The position numbers were made by a program, and so were the translations under genes. From contig NC_092646.1 in the NCBI RefSeq assembly GCF_039555335.1, positions 58,010,946-58,074,945 of the forward strand: DNA of 64,000 nucleotides. Reading direction: 5' to 3'. This DNA is from Amphiura filiformis. Its lineage: Eukaryota. Each line of letters starts with the position of its first letter. Position 1 is the stretch's first letter. The notes below the pieces were generated by a model. The model was not told the DNA's origin, ran no database searches, and saw nothing but the letters and a program-made list of their open reading frames with translations. Below are positions 23,346 to 37,477 of this stretch, piece by piece.

Positions 23346-23396
23346 TGGAGTCACTACTAAACTCAAAACGACATAGGGAATAGTTTTATTGCAAGC

Positions 23397-25464
<2,068 letters not shown>

Positions 25465-25670
25465 CTGGTGTCTTGGTCGACCTACTATACTAGGGAAAAC
25501 TACCCTAGGTGCATCGTCACCAGCAAACCCTGCCTTGGTCGTATCAAGCCCAAGGTCAATAACCACCACTGCTACATCTTCATCGTCAGGTGATAGCTCT
25601 TCCATTACTGTTATAGGTGGTGGCGGTGGTGGTGCAGGAATGTCAGGTGGTATTCCAGAGGATGCCAAAT
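25465..25670 (-). CDS. Exon E5: proline-rich linker plus actin-like N-terminal segment ([69 protein letters not shown])
   Basis: [24 protein letters not shown] is the actin N-terminal signature. The donor CAG|gtaagt falls exactly at the conserved actin codon-41 intron position. The acceptor is tcttcatctag|. Confidence 0.6.
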
Positions 25671-25917
25671 CTAGATGAAGATAGAGAAATGGTGGCTGAA
25701 TTAAACTGATAAAAATTGTCAACTACAAAAGTGTAATTTTCATATGTGTATAGACCACTTGACATGTGACGTCATTGCCTGGCAGTATGCGCACAAATTA
25801 TGGCAAAATCTTTCATCCATGCTATGTTAAAAGTGCTAGATAAGTCTCTATTATTATTACCATCATTATCATTGACATTGTTATTACCATTATCATTATT
25901 ATCAAATCACACTTTAC

Positions 25918-25979
25918 CTTCATGGAAGTACAATCTCAAAGCTTCTACAAGATTTGGGCACTTTTGCTCCTTTGAAATC
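25918..25979 (-). CDS. Exon E4 (RISKEQKCPNLVEALRLYFHEG)
   Basis: The acceptor is tgtcaatag|G and the donor GAAG|gtaaag. The phases chain correctly to E3 and E5. Confidence 0.5.
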
Positions 25980-26619
25980 CTATTGACAAAATAAAAAGAA
26001 CACCAATACCATAATTTAAAAGTTGTAATTGTACAGAGTATAGTGGGAAGTATGACCTTATGGTTAGGCACTATTGAAACTGCAGAGTACCGCTGGGAAA
26101 CTATACAATTGATAATACCACTGAAATATAGCAACAAACAGAGTTATTTCGTTATCATGTTAATACCTAATCGCACTGACACATGAGTGGTCATTCATTA
26201 TCAGTGTTCGAATTAAGGAAAAATAATTAGTTGTCCCACGGACAACCAGGTTACAATTTCTGGTTGTCCGTCTAAGTTTTTGGTTGTCCGTATATTACCA
26301 GCTAAAAGATACACATACAAAGGTGAGTTTTGGCTACACATTTATGGTTGTCCGGCGGACAACCGAATCAGTATTTTTGGTTGTCCGGCGACTTTTTTAG
26401 TTGTCCCGGGCAACCGGACAACCAAAATTTCGAACACTGTTCATTATCCCACTGAAATGGTGCTATTAAAGCACACTGAAATGTATTAGACCATGCTATT
26501 GTTATGAAAATTAATCCATGGACAGCAGCCACACTGAAAATTACATTGAAAATATACCCACTGAAAATACTCAGAGTAACGCTGTGAAAATGGTAGGGTA
26601 CTTGCCTTTGGTGCATAAT

Positions 26620-27190
26620 AATGTCACGGAGGTATAAGTGCGTTAGTGTTATAGACCTGACGGGGAAGTCCTCTTTTGGTCTATACGCTAGTGCGCTCGC
26701 CTCTTAAACCCAGGGTCGTGGGTTCGAGTCCCGGCAGGACCGGAAGTGGCTCGAGGAGGCGCAGGATATTTCCGCGAGGGGTTTGTGACATAAATGGTGG
26801 TAGCGGTGGTCCCTGGTGTTTCTTAACACCAGGGGGACCACCCATCGGAAAGGGTTAGGCGTTCATAAAAATGGCTGGCCGAGTATGCCTTGTATCAAGG
26901 GCGACCAGTCTGGCCGAGTATGCCTTGTATCAAGGACGACCAGTTTAAACAGAGGAAGTAAGGCGCGAGGAAGAGGAAGTAAGGCGCGAGGACGCGGCTT
27001 ACGAGGAGGGGGGAGCATGTCACGGAGGTATAAGTGCGTTAGTGTTATAGACCTGACGGGGTAAGTCCTCTTTTGGTCTATACGCTAGCGCCTTCGCCTC
27101 TTAAACCCAGGGTCGTGGGTTCGAGTCCCGGCAGGACCGGAAGTGGCTCGAGGAGGCGCAGGATATATCCGTGAGTGGTTTGTGACAATA
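26620..27190 (+). repeat. Tandem duplication (about 395-bp unit) containing a tRNA-like sequence; copies at 26665-26790 and 27060-27185
   Basis: The sequence is ggtctatacgctagtgcgctcgcctcttaaacccagggtcgtgggttcgagtcccggcaggacc with a B-box GGTTCGAGTCC. I could not fold it into a canonical cloverleaf. Confidence 0.5.
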
Positions 27191-27342
27191 ACACTATGAA
27201 AGTTTGACACTGAAAATCACACTGAAAACCATTTTCAGCATTACTCTAGCCATTTCCATTGTTACACTGGGTATTTTCAGTGTGGCTATTGTCAAAGGAT
27301 ATAACAATAGCATTTAAGCCCTAGGATGCTAAATTTATTTAC

Positions 27343-27409
27343 CTTCTGAAGAAAATCTTCACATCCTCCTGAAAATCATCATCAAGTTTGTCCTCCATGT
27401 CACCATAAT
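27343..27409 (-). CDS. Exon E3 (NYGDMEDKLDDDFQEDVKIFFRR)
   Basis: The acceptor is ctcaatag|ATT and the donor CAGAAG|gtaaat. It is open only in the phase dictated by E2. Confidence 0.5.
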
Positions 27410-28398
27410 CTATTGAGAAAAGGAAAGAATTAATTATAAAGTGTTCACAGTGGCTCACAAAATGTATATACCATATTTGTCCAAGTATTATTAGCCCCAC
27501 CCCTTTTTTAGGTGAAAAAATTCTAAAATTGGGGGAGTAGGATTATACAAGAATTTTTTTCAAAAATGTTTTTTTTTTATTTTAATTTTTGGGTTTTTTC
27601 TTTTCAGATTTGGAGTGTCCTTAGACCTAGAGCTAAATGCTAGAATCATTTGTGGTTGACCTAAAAAAAAATAATAAATAAACATTTTGTGTCTTCAATA
27701 TTGTAAATTAATAATTTATATTCATTTCACACTCTATTAATGATTTCAAACTGGATACAAATCCAATGCATTTTGAAATCATTAATAGATTACGAGGTGA
27801 ACACAAATTATAACTTTGCATATTGAAAACATGTTGCATTTTGCAAAATCAACCATGAATTTCCTTGTCAGTGAGAAGAACAAACCGTATCCTGTATTCA
27901 TACACTCTTCGATAGCGAGAACCAATCAGAGCAAGCGTTAGAAAAATCCAAACCATGCATTGATTGTGTCTAATTGCACTCCAGCATTACTACTGGCGCA
28001 GTGTTTCGTCTTGGCGTTCAGCGTCGCGTAGGATTGATTCATTTTTCGGGCGGGTTGATGCATTTACATTTGGTTCTATTTTCCAATATTTTTAGTGATA
28101 ATTTTGTTATAAAAAAAGTAAAAATCATGTGTTTTTTTCTTCTCGTGTATGAAATAGGTTAATGAACTTGTATTACTTGTTGCTCGAGAAATTAGACAAA
28201 ATAATGCACTTGTGCTGATGTTGTGTCTAATGCACTCCCCCTTCGGGGCTCGTGCATTAGACGCATCAACATCAGCGCGTGCATTATTTTGTCCAATTTA
28301 TCTCCCAACAAGTAATACGCGTTCATTAACCTATAATTACGGCCTAATAATTAAAACTTGCAATTTTTGCTTGTAGAACTGGGCAAGGTATTCCTATT

Positions 28399-28592
28399 GG
28401 GCTAGCTATAGTCCAGTTGAAATTATACATCCCCTATGGAAGACATTACCTTAATCTCCAACACAGGGGGTGTATGTTTTAAATGGAGTCACTCATTCAG
28501 GTAACCCCATTTGAAATTCACACTCCCTGTGTAGAAGATTAAGGTCATGTCTTCCATAGGGGGTGTATGGATTTCAGCTGGAATAGCCCAAT
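28399..28592. mobile_element. MITE family A, complete copy
   Basis: The arms gtccagttgaaattatacatcccctatggaagacattaccttaatct...agattaaggtcatgtcttccatagggggtgtatggatttcagctggaatagccc are inverted complements. Confidence 0.8.
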
Positions 28593-28639
28593 AAGCCCTC
28601 AACTGTAGTAATGTTGATAGAAAGCAAAATTATACTTTT

Positions 28640-28920
28640 TACGCTACTCAAATTTCACTCACCGGAGCGCTTTCACCGGGTCAACCGGCGTCTTCAGCAG
28701 ATGTTATTGCTCTGAAGATTTGTTGTTGCTAGTGATATTTGGAACAACCTCCTGACTCCCGGAACCAAGGGGGCGCCACAATATCTTCAAGTTTGATGTC
28801 ATCTACATCTGTGACGTCATCGGAGGTCTCTCAATAACATCAATAGCAACAACAAATCTTCAGAGCAAGAACATCCGCTGAAGATGCCGGTTGACCTGTT
28901 GAAAGTGCTCCGTGAGTGAA
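28640..28920. repeat. About 280-bp palindrome
   Basis: ctcaaatttcactcaccggagcgctttcaccgg... is inverted against ...ccggttgacctgttgaaagtgctccgtgagtgaaatttgag. Confidence 0.75.
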
Positions 28921-29087
28921 ATTTGAGTATAATTTTGTTTTCTATTTACGTTTATCGCACGTATGAATACACATCATTATGTAGTAATGTTGTAGAGTAT
29001 TCCCAGTGCTGCCAACAAAGGGGGAAAGGTCCAGGGGTGCTGTTTCAATTTACACCAGATTCATTGTGGATGGTCATACATACTTAC

Positions 29088-29175
29088 TTTCTAATGACCC
29101 AACATCAAATATCTCTTCTACCTTCCCTGGGTGATCTTGGATGTCATAGAAGAATTTGGCAGCATTCACCAAGGC
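29088..29175 (-). CDS. Exon E2 (ALVNAAKFFYDIQDHPGKVEEIFDVGSLE)
   Basis: The acceptor is cttacag|GCC and the donor GAAA|gtaagt. The phase is 0 to 1, compatible with E1 and E3. Confidence 0.5.
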
Positions 29176-29235
29176 CTGTAAGAATTAAGTAATATATGAA
29201 GATATGATTCAATTGCCCCAGGTGGTGGCCGCATT

Positions 29236-32200
29236 GCATTCTCTAAATTCAGTAAATTTTCATCATCAACCGTGTAATTGAATGGGATTATTTTGAAATT
29301 TTAAAACGCTTGAAATATCACAAACAAATAGGCCTATGTTGATAAATAATATAAATACAAGCTAAAACCGTTGGGGTTCGATAATGAACCCCACAAAACT
29401 AAACGACTATATTGAAAATGCCATACGGCCGGGCGGTTTCACAAGTTGCCGGCTCGATCATGTCATCCGCCGCCTGAATTGCCCCTTCATGTCAGTAATC
29501 ACAGCAGCTGAAAGGACTATCCCATTATGCTTTGCGGTGTCATACAAACTGTACACAAAATCATCCCTCTCTTCAACTTTCAATCACTCGCTTAAATCTT
29601 TGTTTGAAAAGATATGACACTATCCATAGCTCTCAATATTTAAGCAGCTCTTACTTATGTTTTGTATGCATTTGCTATGGACCAAGCAGATCTACTGCAA
29701 TGCATGATGGGATACTCCCTTCAGCTGCTGTGGTCAGTAACCATGGACGAAAGAGTTAACAGACCGCATACAACCAGTCAAAGTTCCTGTGTATTGTATG
29801 CTGTGAGTTCTCGCATATTCATGAGGGCCGATTGTTCAATCGTGCCTTGTCTAACAATCACGCCAGCATTGCGTGCCTTCGCGTATACGCGATATAGCGA
29901 CAGAGCATTGCGTGCTTTAGCAATTACGCGTTATACCGTAAAAATAATCCAAAAGTGCGTAGCAGTCTCGCCTGTCGCATTTTATTGAACAATCGGCCCT
30001 CATTATCGGGTGATGCTGAGACTTTGACTGATTGTACGCAGTAATATCTCTTTTGTCCATTAAGTGAAGAGCTCTAGGGGCAGAGCCTAGGGCAGTGGCT
30101 AGAACAAGATATACAAAAAAAACCACAGCTATTGCTCAATTTAAGGGCTGGGGTATGAAGCGTTTGGACAGTATTTATTTTGGGACATCAGAGCATCAGA
30201 CATATCGCATTGCACTCTGAACACGAAGAATGTCATTCTGATATCAAATAATTTTGATTTTTTGAAATTCCCAATTTAATACACATTTTATGGCAAATCA
30301 TTAAAAATTGATATTTTTGATATTTAACAGTACTTGAAGTAAACTTTATAAATCTGATGATTTATACTTAAAAAGTGTATGTAGGTGGGATGAAAAGCCG
30401 ACGATCAATTGAAAATTTTGACCTTTCAGTATTGAAGATATGGATTTTTTTCCCAAAACACAAAAAAAAATTAGGTCTTTTTGGGAAAAAAATCCATATC
30501 TTCAATATGAAAGGTCAAAATTTTCAATTGACCATCCGCTTTTCCTTCCTGCTACATACACTTTAAGAATATATCATTAGATTTATATAATTTACTTCGA
30601 GGACTGTTATATATCAAAAATTTGAAAAATATCAAATTTTTATAATTTGTCATAAAATTTGTATTATATTGTGATTTTCAAAAATGAAAATTATTTGATA
30701 TCAGAAAGACATGCTTCAGATTCGAATGCAATTCGATAGGTCTGAGGTGCTCTCATGTCCCACAAAAAATACTGTCGAAACCCAATAAACGCTCATTTTA
30801 GATCCCTTAAGGGGGTACTACACCCATTGATTTTTTTTTGCATTTTTTTGCATTTTGTGAAGAAATTACAAAAAAAAACTGGACAAAGTGGTATGCAAAA
30901 TGAAGGGGCAAATCTTCTCGTTTTATTGGTGGCATCGGTATCAATGTAGCTTACATGCTTTTGAAGATAGAAGCCAAAAGGAGGTACATCACTGATGATT
31001 TAAATTCACTTCATTTTGGAAAGCTTACTATCAACGAATTTCGTTAAAATTTTGGATATGTGTTGCTAACACATTAGGGAAATAATGTTGATATGTAAAA
31101 TGGGAATAAGTGGTCCCTGATTTCTTTTATGACTTCATGAACTTGGTGCTCCACAACTATCAAAAAAACGAACCGGTTAAAATGCTTCTATTTTCAATGT
31201 CGAGCTATATTTTGTATTTTGAACTTGCAACACTATGTCACTGAAACTTAATTAAGCCATAGGTAACAGGTTACCACAACCACACTACAGCAATGTTGAA
31301 AAAGATTGTATTTTTTGTCACCTATACCACCATATTAGGTAGTTTTCCGTAAGCTTCATTTTTGTGATTTTGGTAACTATTTTATATTTATTTGCCCAAT
31401 CCAACTCAACTAGGCAATCTAAATTGTACTCACCATTTACATCCCAAGGTATTTTAGCATATCCACCTCACACATTTCCATTATATATCCAGTAACAGAC
31501 AAAATATCAAAATTGATGCCTCATTATGACATGTATGATATCACAGACTATCACATGTATTCAAAATTGATGCCTGAATTTGACCAGAACCAATTGACCT
31601 ATAACCTGACCTTTGATGACCTTATAGCCTTTTTTAATCTCTTTTCCTAACAACATATTATAGAAGATACATACATGGTGTAGTGTTAATTGTCTATGTG
31701 GAAGAGATTATTTAGGCCTATTTAATTTATTCAGTGTTATAATCAGTGAGTATATTTCTATAGATAGTATAACAAAGGATTTAATGTATTCTATTCATGT
31801 ATTCTACTTGGACATGTTCAATAGAATATATTATGGTTTGTTATGAAACATACATCTCAGTTACCAGGATACAGTAAACAACAAAATATATAGGGCTAAA
31901 ATGATTTTCTAAAATGGTCTAATACCACTTTGTATGTAGAGATATTTTATAAATTCAGGACATGAGATGATGAACATATAAATATACTTTATAAATTTGC
32001 AATAAAAAAAAGAAGATGGGTACTGATGAAAATCAGGGTATTAAATCGCCTTAAGCAATTATTTTTGATAAAATTTGTGAAATATGCCTTTTTCATCTGA
32101 ATTTTTACACATTATTCCATTTGCTCACTATATCATTTTCAATTTCCTTTGTGAGTAGACCTGAGATGTCATCACTGGACGTCACCTCGATACGCAAATC

Positions 32201-32575
32201 GTTACTGCGCACTTCACAGCTTTGAAATGCACAGTAGGGATGTTCACTAAACGATGTGCGTATCGGCGTGACATCAACTGTCGCAAAGGCTTATGGGATT
32301 TATCGAAAAAGAAAATTCCAGTTGAAATCCATACACCGCCCAGGCGGCGGATGACATGATTGAGCCGACAACTCGTGAAACCGCCCGGCCGTATGGCATT
32401 TTCCATATACTAGGTTAGTTTTGTGGGGTTCATTATCGAACCCCAGCGGTTTTAGCTTGTATTTATATTATTTATCAACATAGGCCTATTTGTTTGGGAT
32501 ATTTCAAGCGTTTTAAAATTTCAAAATAATCCCATTCAATTACACGGTTGACGATGAAAATTTACTGAATTTATG
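29236..32575. mobile_element. About 3.3-kb segment bounded by roughly 250-bp inverted duplications; foldback B (30141-30811) lies inside
   Basis: 29240-29480 on the plus strand matches 32300-32570 on the minus strand. The duplicated ORFs both encode ...ENAIRPGGFTSCRL(D/N)HVIRRL.... Confidence 0.55.
30141..30811. mobile_element. Foldback family B, second copy
   Basis: It is about 95% similar to the copy at 23397-24066. Confidence 0.8.
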
Positions 32576-32600
32576 GACTGCACGTCATACACCACCTGAC

Positions 32601-32876
32601 ACCGCCTATGAATTACATGACCTTAATCTTCCACAGGGGGTGTAGATTCAAATGGAGTCACCCATCCAGGTAACCCCATTTGAAATTCACACTCCCTGTG
32701 TGGGAGATTAAGGTCATGTCTTCCATAGGGGGTGTATGAATTTCAACTGGAATAGTCCATTTAAGAACAGACGACACTGAATGGGAGACTCCATTTGAAA
32801 TTCACACTCCCTGTGTGGGAGATTAAGGTCATGTCTTCCACAGGGGGTGTATGAATTTCAACTGGAATAGTCCATT
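32601..32876. mobile_element. MITE family A, 1.5 tandem copies
   Basis: Same consensus; the unit is duplicated internally. Confidence 0.75.
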
Positions 32877-33493
32877 CTAAAAAGGTTGAGAATGACTTCT
32901 CTAATATTTTTGCTACAAATCAAATCATATCGATCCATCAATATAGACTTTATTTCCATAAATCAAATTACATATCACGAGTAAAAAGACACCAAAAATT
33001 TCACTATTTTTGAAGAAAATATTTGACCAATTCAACCAAATATAGTTGATAACAGTCTTTTTTTTTTTTTTTTAAGTAAAATGCTAGAGTTAACAATAGC
33101 CCATGAGAATGACACAAGTCAAGAACTTATATAGGCACCTATGCACTATAAAAGACAACCACATGGGCCAGTCAGTGGTTCACAGCAGCTTAGGAACCAC
33201 AAGAGTGAAGGAGTACAGTAAAGCATCAGACAGACACAAGTAATAAGATGCTTATAGTGCATGAAGGATGGTGCACCATTGTCAGATATGTCTCTGACCA
33301 CTCCATCTGGTAGGCTATTGCTATGTCCGGTATATTCATCAATCTTCCGTGTGAATTTAGCAATATTCGGACTGAAACTGACAAAGCTAAAACATACATA
33401 CAACATATATCCCTATTTATAGTAAGATACAAGACAACAGTGATTGTGCAAGAGCAATCCAGTGGCCTTAATGAGGCTAGCAGCGACTGCCCT

Positions 33494-33771
33494 TGGGCTA
33501 TTCCAGTTGAATCCATACACCCCCTATGGAAGACATGACTTTAATCTTCCACACAGGGGGTATGAATTTCAAATGGGGCTACCTGAATGGGTGACTCCAG
33601 TTGAAATCCATACACCCCTATGGAAGACATGACATTAATCTTCCACACAGGGAGTGTGAATTTCAAATGGGGTTACCTGAATGGGTGAATCCATATGAAA
33701 TCTACACCCCCTGTGTGGATGATTATGGTTATGTCTTCCATAGGGTGTATGGATTTCAGTTGGAATAGCCC
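33494..33771. mobile_element. MITE family A, 1.5 copies
   Basis: It runs from gggctattccagttgaatccatacaccccctatggaagacatgac to catagggtgtatggatttcagttggaatagccc. Confidence 0.75.
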
Positions 33772-33789
33772 TTTTTGAACTAATCATAC

Positions 33790-33936
33790 CTTGAAATAGA
33801 GAGGATCATCATTGCTACAATTGTCTTTTGCAAACTCTAGAGCCTCTTCATAGTATCGCTGAGCAGACATGATGGAGAAAGTCTCCTCTTTATGTGCCTT
33901 TTGGAGTAAGTCTTGCACAGTTTCTTCAGGGGAGAT
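33790..33936 (-). CDS. Exon E1 of a multi-exon gene (ISPEETVQDLLQKAHKEETFSIMSAQRYYEEALEFAKDNCSNDDPLYFK); it may contain the start codon
   Basis: The acceptor is ccttcctttttcag| and the donor AAG|gtatga. The exon is 147 bp, phase 0 at both ends, with an open frame. Confidence 0.5.
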
Positions 33937-34329
33937 CTGAAAAAGGAAGGGAACAAAATTTAGGTTTTCCCCAATGAGGTAGAATCAAAGAGTACCAACT
34001 CTGCCACGTTTGCGTGTCGCTCATGGAGGCGGATTACTTCGCTATTCGCCCAGCAAACGATCCAAAGTGGGTGCTTGTTCACGTTCTGTATGTAACATGT
34101 TGTTCAAAAACACGATCCAAGCACTGTGTAGACAAACCTTAGTAACAAAAGATGCAAATTTGTTGTTCAATTTCGGCCCTCTCTCGATGAATGCAGGAGG
34201 TACGTTATCTACCCTCCATGATGAGCACCAAACCAAGATGGTGGACTTACATGTAGCATTACATATGGTACAATTTTGAGTCAGTAAACTTTAGTATCTT
34301 TGGTTTGTCCACATGTATAGGTCTATGTA

Positions 34330-37060
34330 TTTATACTTACTTCCAGGGTCTGTGATTGTCCAGGAGGACTCTTGGTTGGTTCCCATCCCATATAGGTATG
34401 TGTATCAATACTTACTTCTAGGGTCTGTGGTTGTCCAGGAGGACTCTTGGTTGGTTCCCATCCCATGTGGGTATGTATATTATCAATACTTACTTCTAGG
34501 GTCTGTGGTTGTCCAGGAGGACTCTTGGTTGGTTCCCATCCCATGTGGGTATGTATATTATCAATACTTACTTCTAGGGTCTGTGGTTGTCCAGAAGGAC
34601 TCTTGGTTGGTTCCCATCCCATATAGGTATGTGTATCAATACTTACTTCTAGGGTCTGTGGTTGTCCAGGAGGACTCTTCATTGGTTCCCATCCCATGTG
34701 GGTATGTATATTATCAATACTTACTTCCAGGGTCTGTGGCTGTCCAGGAGGACTCTTCGTTGGTTCCCATCCCATGTGGGTATGTATATTATCAATACTT
34801 ACTTCTAGGGTCTGTGGTGGTCCAGGAGGACTCTTCATTGGTTCCCATCCCATGTGGGTATGTATATTATCAATACTTACTTCTAGGGTCTGTGGTTGTC
34901 CAGGAGGACTCTTGGTTGGTTCCCATCCCATGTAGGTGTGTGTATCAATACTTACTTCTAGGGTCAGTGGTTGTCCAGGAGGACTCTTGGTTGGTTCCCA
35001 TCCCATGTAGGTATGTGTATCAATACTTACTTCTAGGGTCTGTGGTTGTCCAGGAGGACTCTTGGTTGGTTCCCATCCCATGTAGGTATGTGTATCAATA
35101 CTTACTTCTAGGGTCTGTGGTTGTCCAGGAGGACTCTTGGTTGGTTCCCATCCCATGTGGGTATGTATATTATCAATACTTACTTCTAGGGTCTGTGGTT
35201 GTCCAGGAGGACTCTTGGTTGGTTCCCATCCCATATAGGTATGTGTATCAATACTTACTTCTAGGGTCTGTGGTTGTCCAGGAGGACTCTTGGTTGGTTC
35301 CCATCCCATGTAGGTGTGTGTATCAATACTTACTTCTAGGGTCCGTGGTTGTCCAGGAGGACTCTTGGTTGGTTCCCATCCCATGTAGGTGTGTGTATCA
35401 ATACTTACTTCTAGGGTCTGTGGTTGTCCAGGAGGACTCTTCGTTGGTTCCCATCCCATGTGGGTATGTATATTATCAATACTTACTTCTAGGGTCTGTG
35501 GTTGTCCAGGAGGACTCTTCGTTGGTTCCCATCCCATATAGGTATGTGTATCAATACTTACTTCTAGGGTCTGTGGTTGTCCAGGAGGACTCTTGGTTGG
35601 TTCCCATCCCATGTAGGTATGTGTATCAATACTTACTTCTAGGGTCTGTGGTTGTCCAGGAGGACTCTTGGTTGGTTCCCATCCCATATAGGTATGTGTA
35701 TCAATACTTACTTCTAGGGTCTGTGGTTGTCCAGGAGGACTCTTCGTTGGTTCCCATCCCATGTGGGTATATGTATTTAGAGAATAAGCGATAGGAATTT
35801 TTATTTTGCCTATCCTCTACCGTGTGATAGGCGACAGGCAGGTCCAATATTTTGAGTAGTGGATGCCGCGCAGCCGGTATCCACTACGATAAAAATATTG
35901 GACCTGCCTGTCGCTCATCATAGGTAGAGGATAGGCAAAATAAAAATTCCTATCGCTTATTCTCATTCAGTTAAATATTATTTTAATAACTGTAAACAAT
36001 TTTTTTAAAGTAAAAACTAAGTTACCGTCATAAAAACTCCCCTCATTATAAAATGAACGAAACTGGTTTACAACTTCACGTATTCTCATTTTATGCAGTA
36101 CTGCTAGCGCGCTTTTGCGTATTCCGCACTAGTCTACGCATCCAGCGCGATACATACGCCGCATCTCTACACGCGTGTTACGCATTATCCAGACGCATGA
36201 TGACGTGGGGTCGCTCTCACGGCCTGATAGACGGCACCGAAATCATGCGATTGTCTAATCAGAAATGTGTCTACGAACTAGACCACTCCCACTGACTAAG
36301 AAATTATCAATACTTACTTCTAGGGTCAGTGGTTGTCCAGGAGGACTCTTGGTTGGTTCCCATCCCATATAGGTATGTGTATCAATACTTACTTCTAGGG
36401 TCTGTGGTTGTCCAGGAGGACTCTTGGTTGGTTCCCATCCCATATAGGTATGTGTATCAATACTTACTTCTAGGGTCTGTGGTTGTCCAGGAGGACTCTT
36501 CGTTGGTTCCCATCCCATATAGGTATGTGTATCAATACTTACTTCTAGGGTCTGTGGTTGTCCAGGAGGACTCTTCGTTGGTTCCCATCCCATGTAGGTA
36601 TGTGTATCAATACTTACTTCTAGGGTCTGTGGTTGTCCAGGAGGACTCTTCGTTGGTTCCCATCCCATGTAGGAGTGTGTATCAATACTTACTTCTAGGG
36701 TCTGTGGTTGTCCAGGAGGACTCTTCGTTGGTTCCCATCCCATGTAGGGGTGTGTATCAATACTTACTTCTAGGGTCTGTGGTTGTCCAGGAGGACTCTT
36801 CGTTGGTTCCCATCCCATGTAGGAGTGTGTATCAATACTTACTTCTAGGGTCTGTGGTTGTCCAGGAGGACTCTTGGTTGGTTCCCATCCCATGTGGGTA
36901 TGTATATTATCAATACTTACTTCTAGGGTATGTGGTTGTCCAGGAGGACTCTTTGTTGGTTCCCATCCCATATAGGTATGTGCATCAATACTTACTTCTA
37001 GGGTCTGTGGTTGTCCAGGAGGACTCTTGGTTGGTTCCCATCCCATATAAGTCAATGTAT
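34330..37060. repeat. Satellite B: 75/78-bp unit x about 30, in two blocks (34330-35785 and 36300-37060)
   Basis: The unit is tacttacttctagggtctgtggttgtccaggaggactcttggttggttcccatcccat(a/g)t(a/g)ggtatgt(gt)atcaa. ORFs are open on both strands (493 aa on the plus strand, 479 aa and 320 aa on the minus strand). Confidence 0.9.
35780..35964. repeat. 185-bp near-perfect palindrome interrupting satellite B
   Basis: agagaataagcgataggaatttttattttgcctatcctctac ... gtagaggataggcaaaataaaaattcctatcgcttattctc; centre at about 35872. Confidence 0.85.
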
Positions 37061-37237
37061 CAATCTCTTCTTTTCTCAGCAGCTCTTCTATGTCTACTGC
37101 TTTCATCTCCTTTTTGTCTTCGTCCTTCATAAATAACAATAAGAGTATGATAATAATGAAAACTATTATTATAGACAGTTTGTATTCTTTGGAGCATTTG
37201 CTTGATGATGAAAGCACTCATATGGCAACATGCAATG

Positions 37238-37424
37238 TGCTATTCCAGTTGAAATCTCTACACCCACTATGGAAGACATGACCTTAATCTCCCATACAGG
37301 GAGTGTGAATTTCAAATGGAGTTACCTGAATGAGTGACTCCATTTGAAATCGACACCCCCTGTATTTGAGATTAAGGTCATGCCTTCCGTGGGGAGGGGG
37401 GATCTCAACTGGAATAGCCCAATG
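37238..37424. mobile_element. MITE family A, complete copy
   Basis: Same consensus with terminal inverted repeats. Confidence 0.8.
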
Positions 37425-37477
37425 ATATTGTAAAATCAGGCTTTTGCATGCCCAATTGATACACCACAGTTACATGC

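Noticed and set aside
25767-25774. Perfect CRE palindrome TGACGTCA upstream of exon E5, considered as a promoter element
   Set aside because: E5 has a clear acceptor and continues the frame of E4, so this is intronic. The same octamer recurs in many repeats here, so a single match is not evidence of a promoter.
26665-26790. Possible genuine tRNA gene
   Set aside because: It has B-box-like GGTTCGAGTCC, but I could not derive a 7-bp acceptor stem or a standard anticodon loop. It is duplicated with flanking sequence like a SINE, so I call it tRNA-like only.
34313-35794. 493-aa plus-strand ORF across satellite B
   Set aside because: The opposite strand is equally open and the composition is purely repetitive. 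I treated it as a satellite, though a coding role for the minus strand is kept as a low-probability finding.
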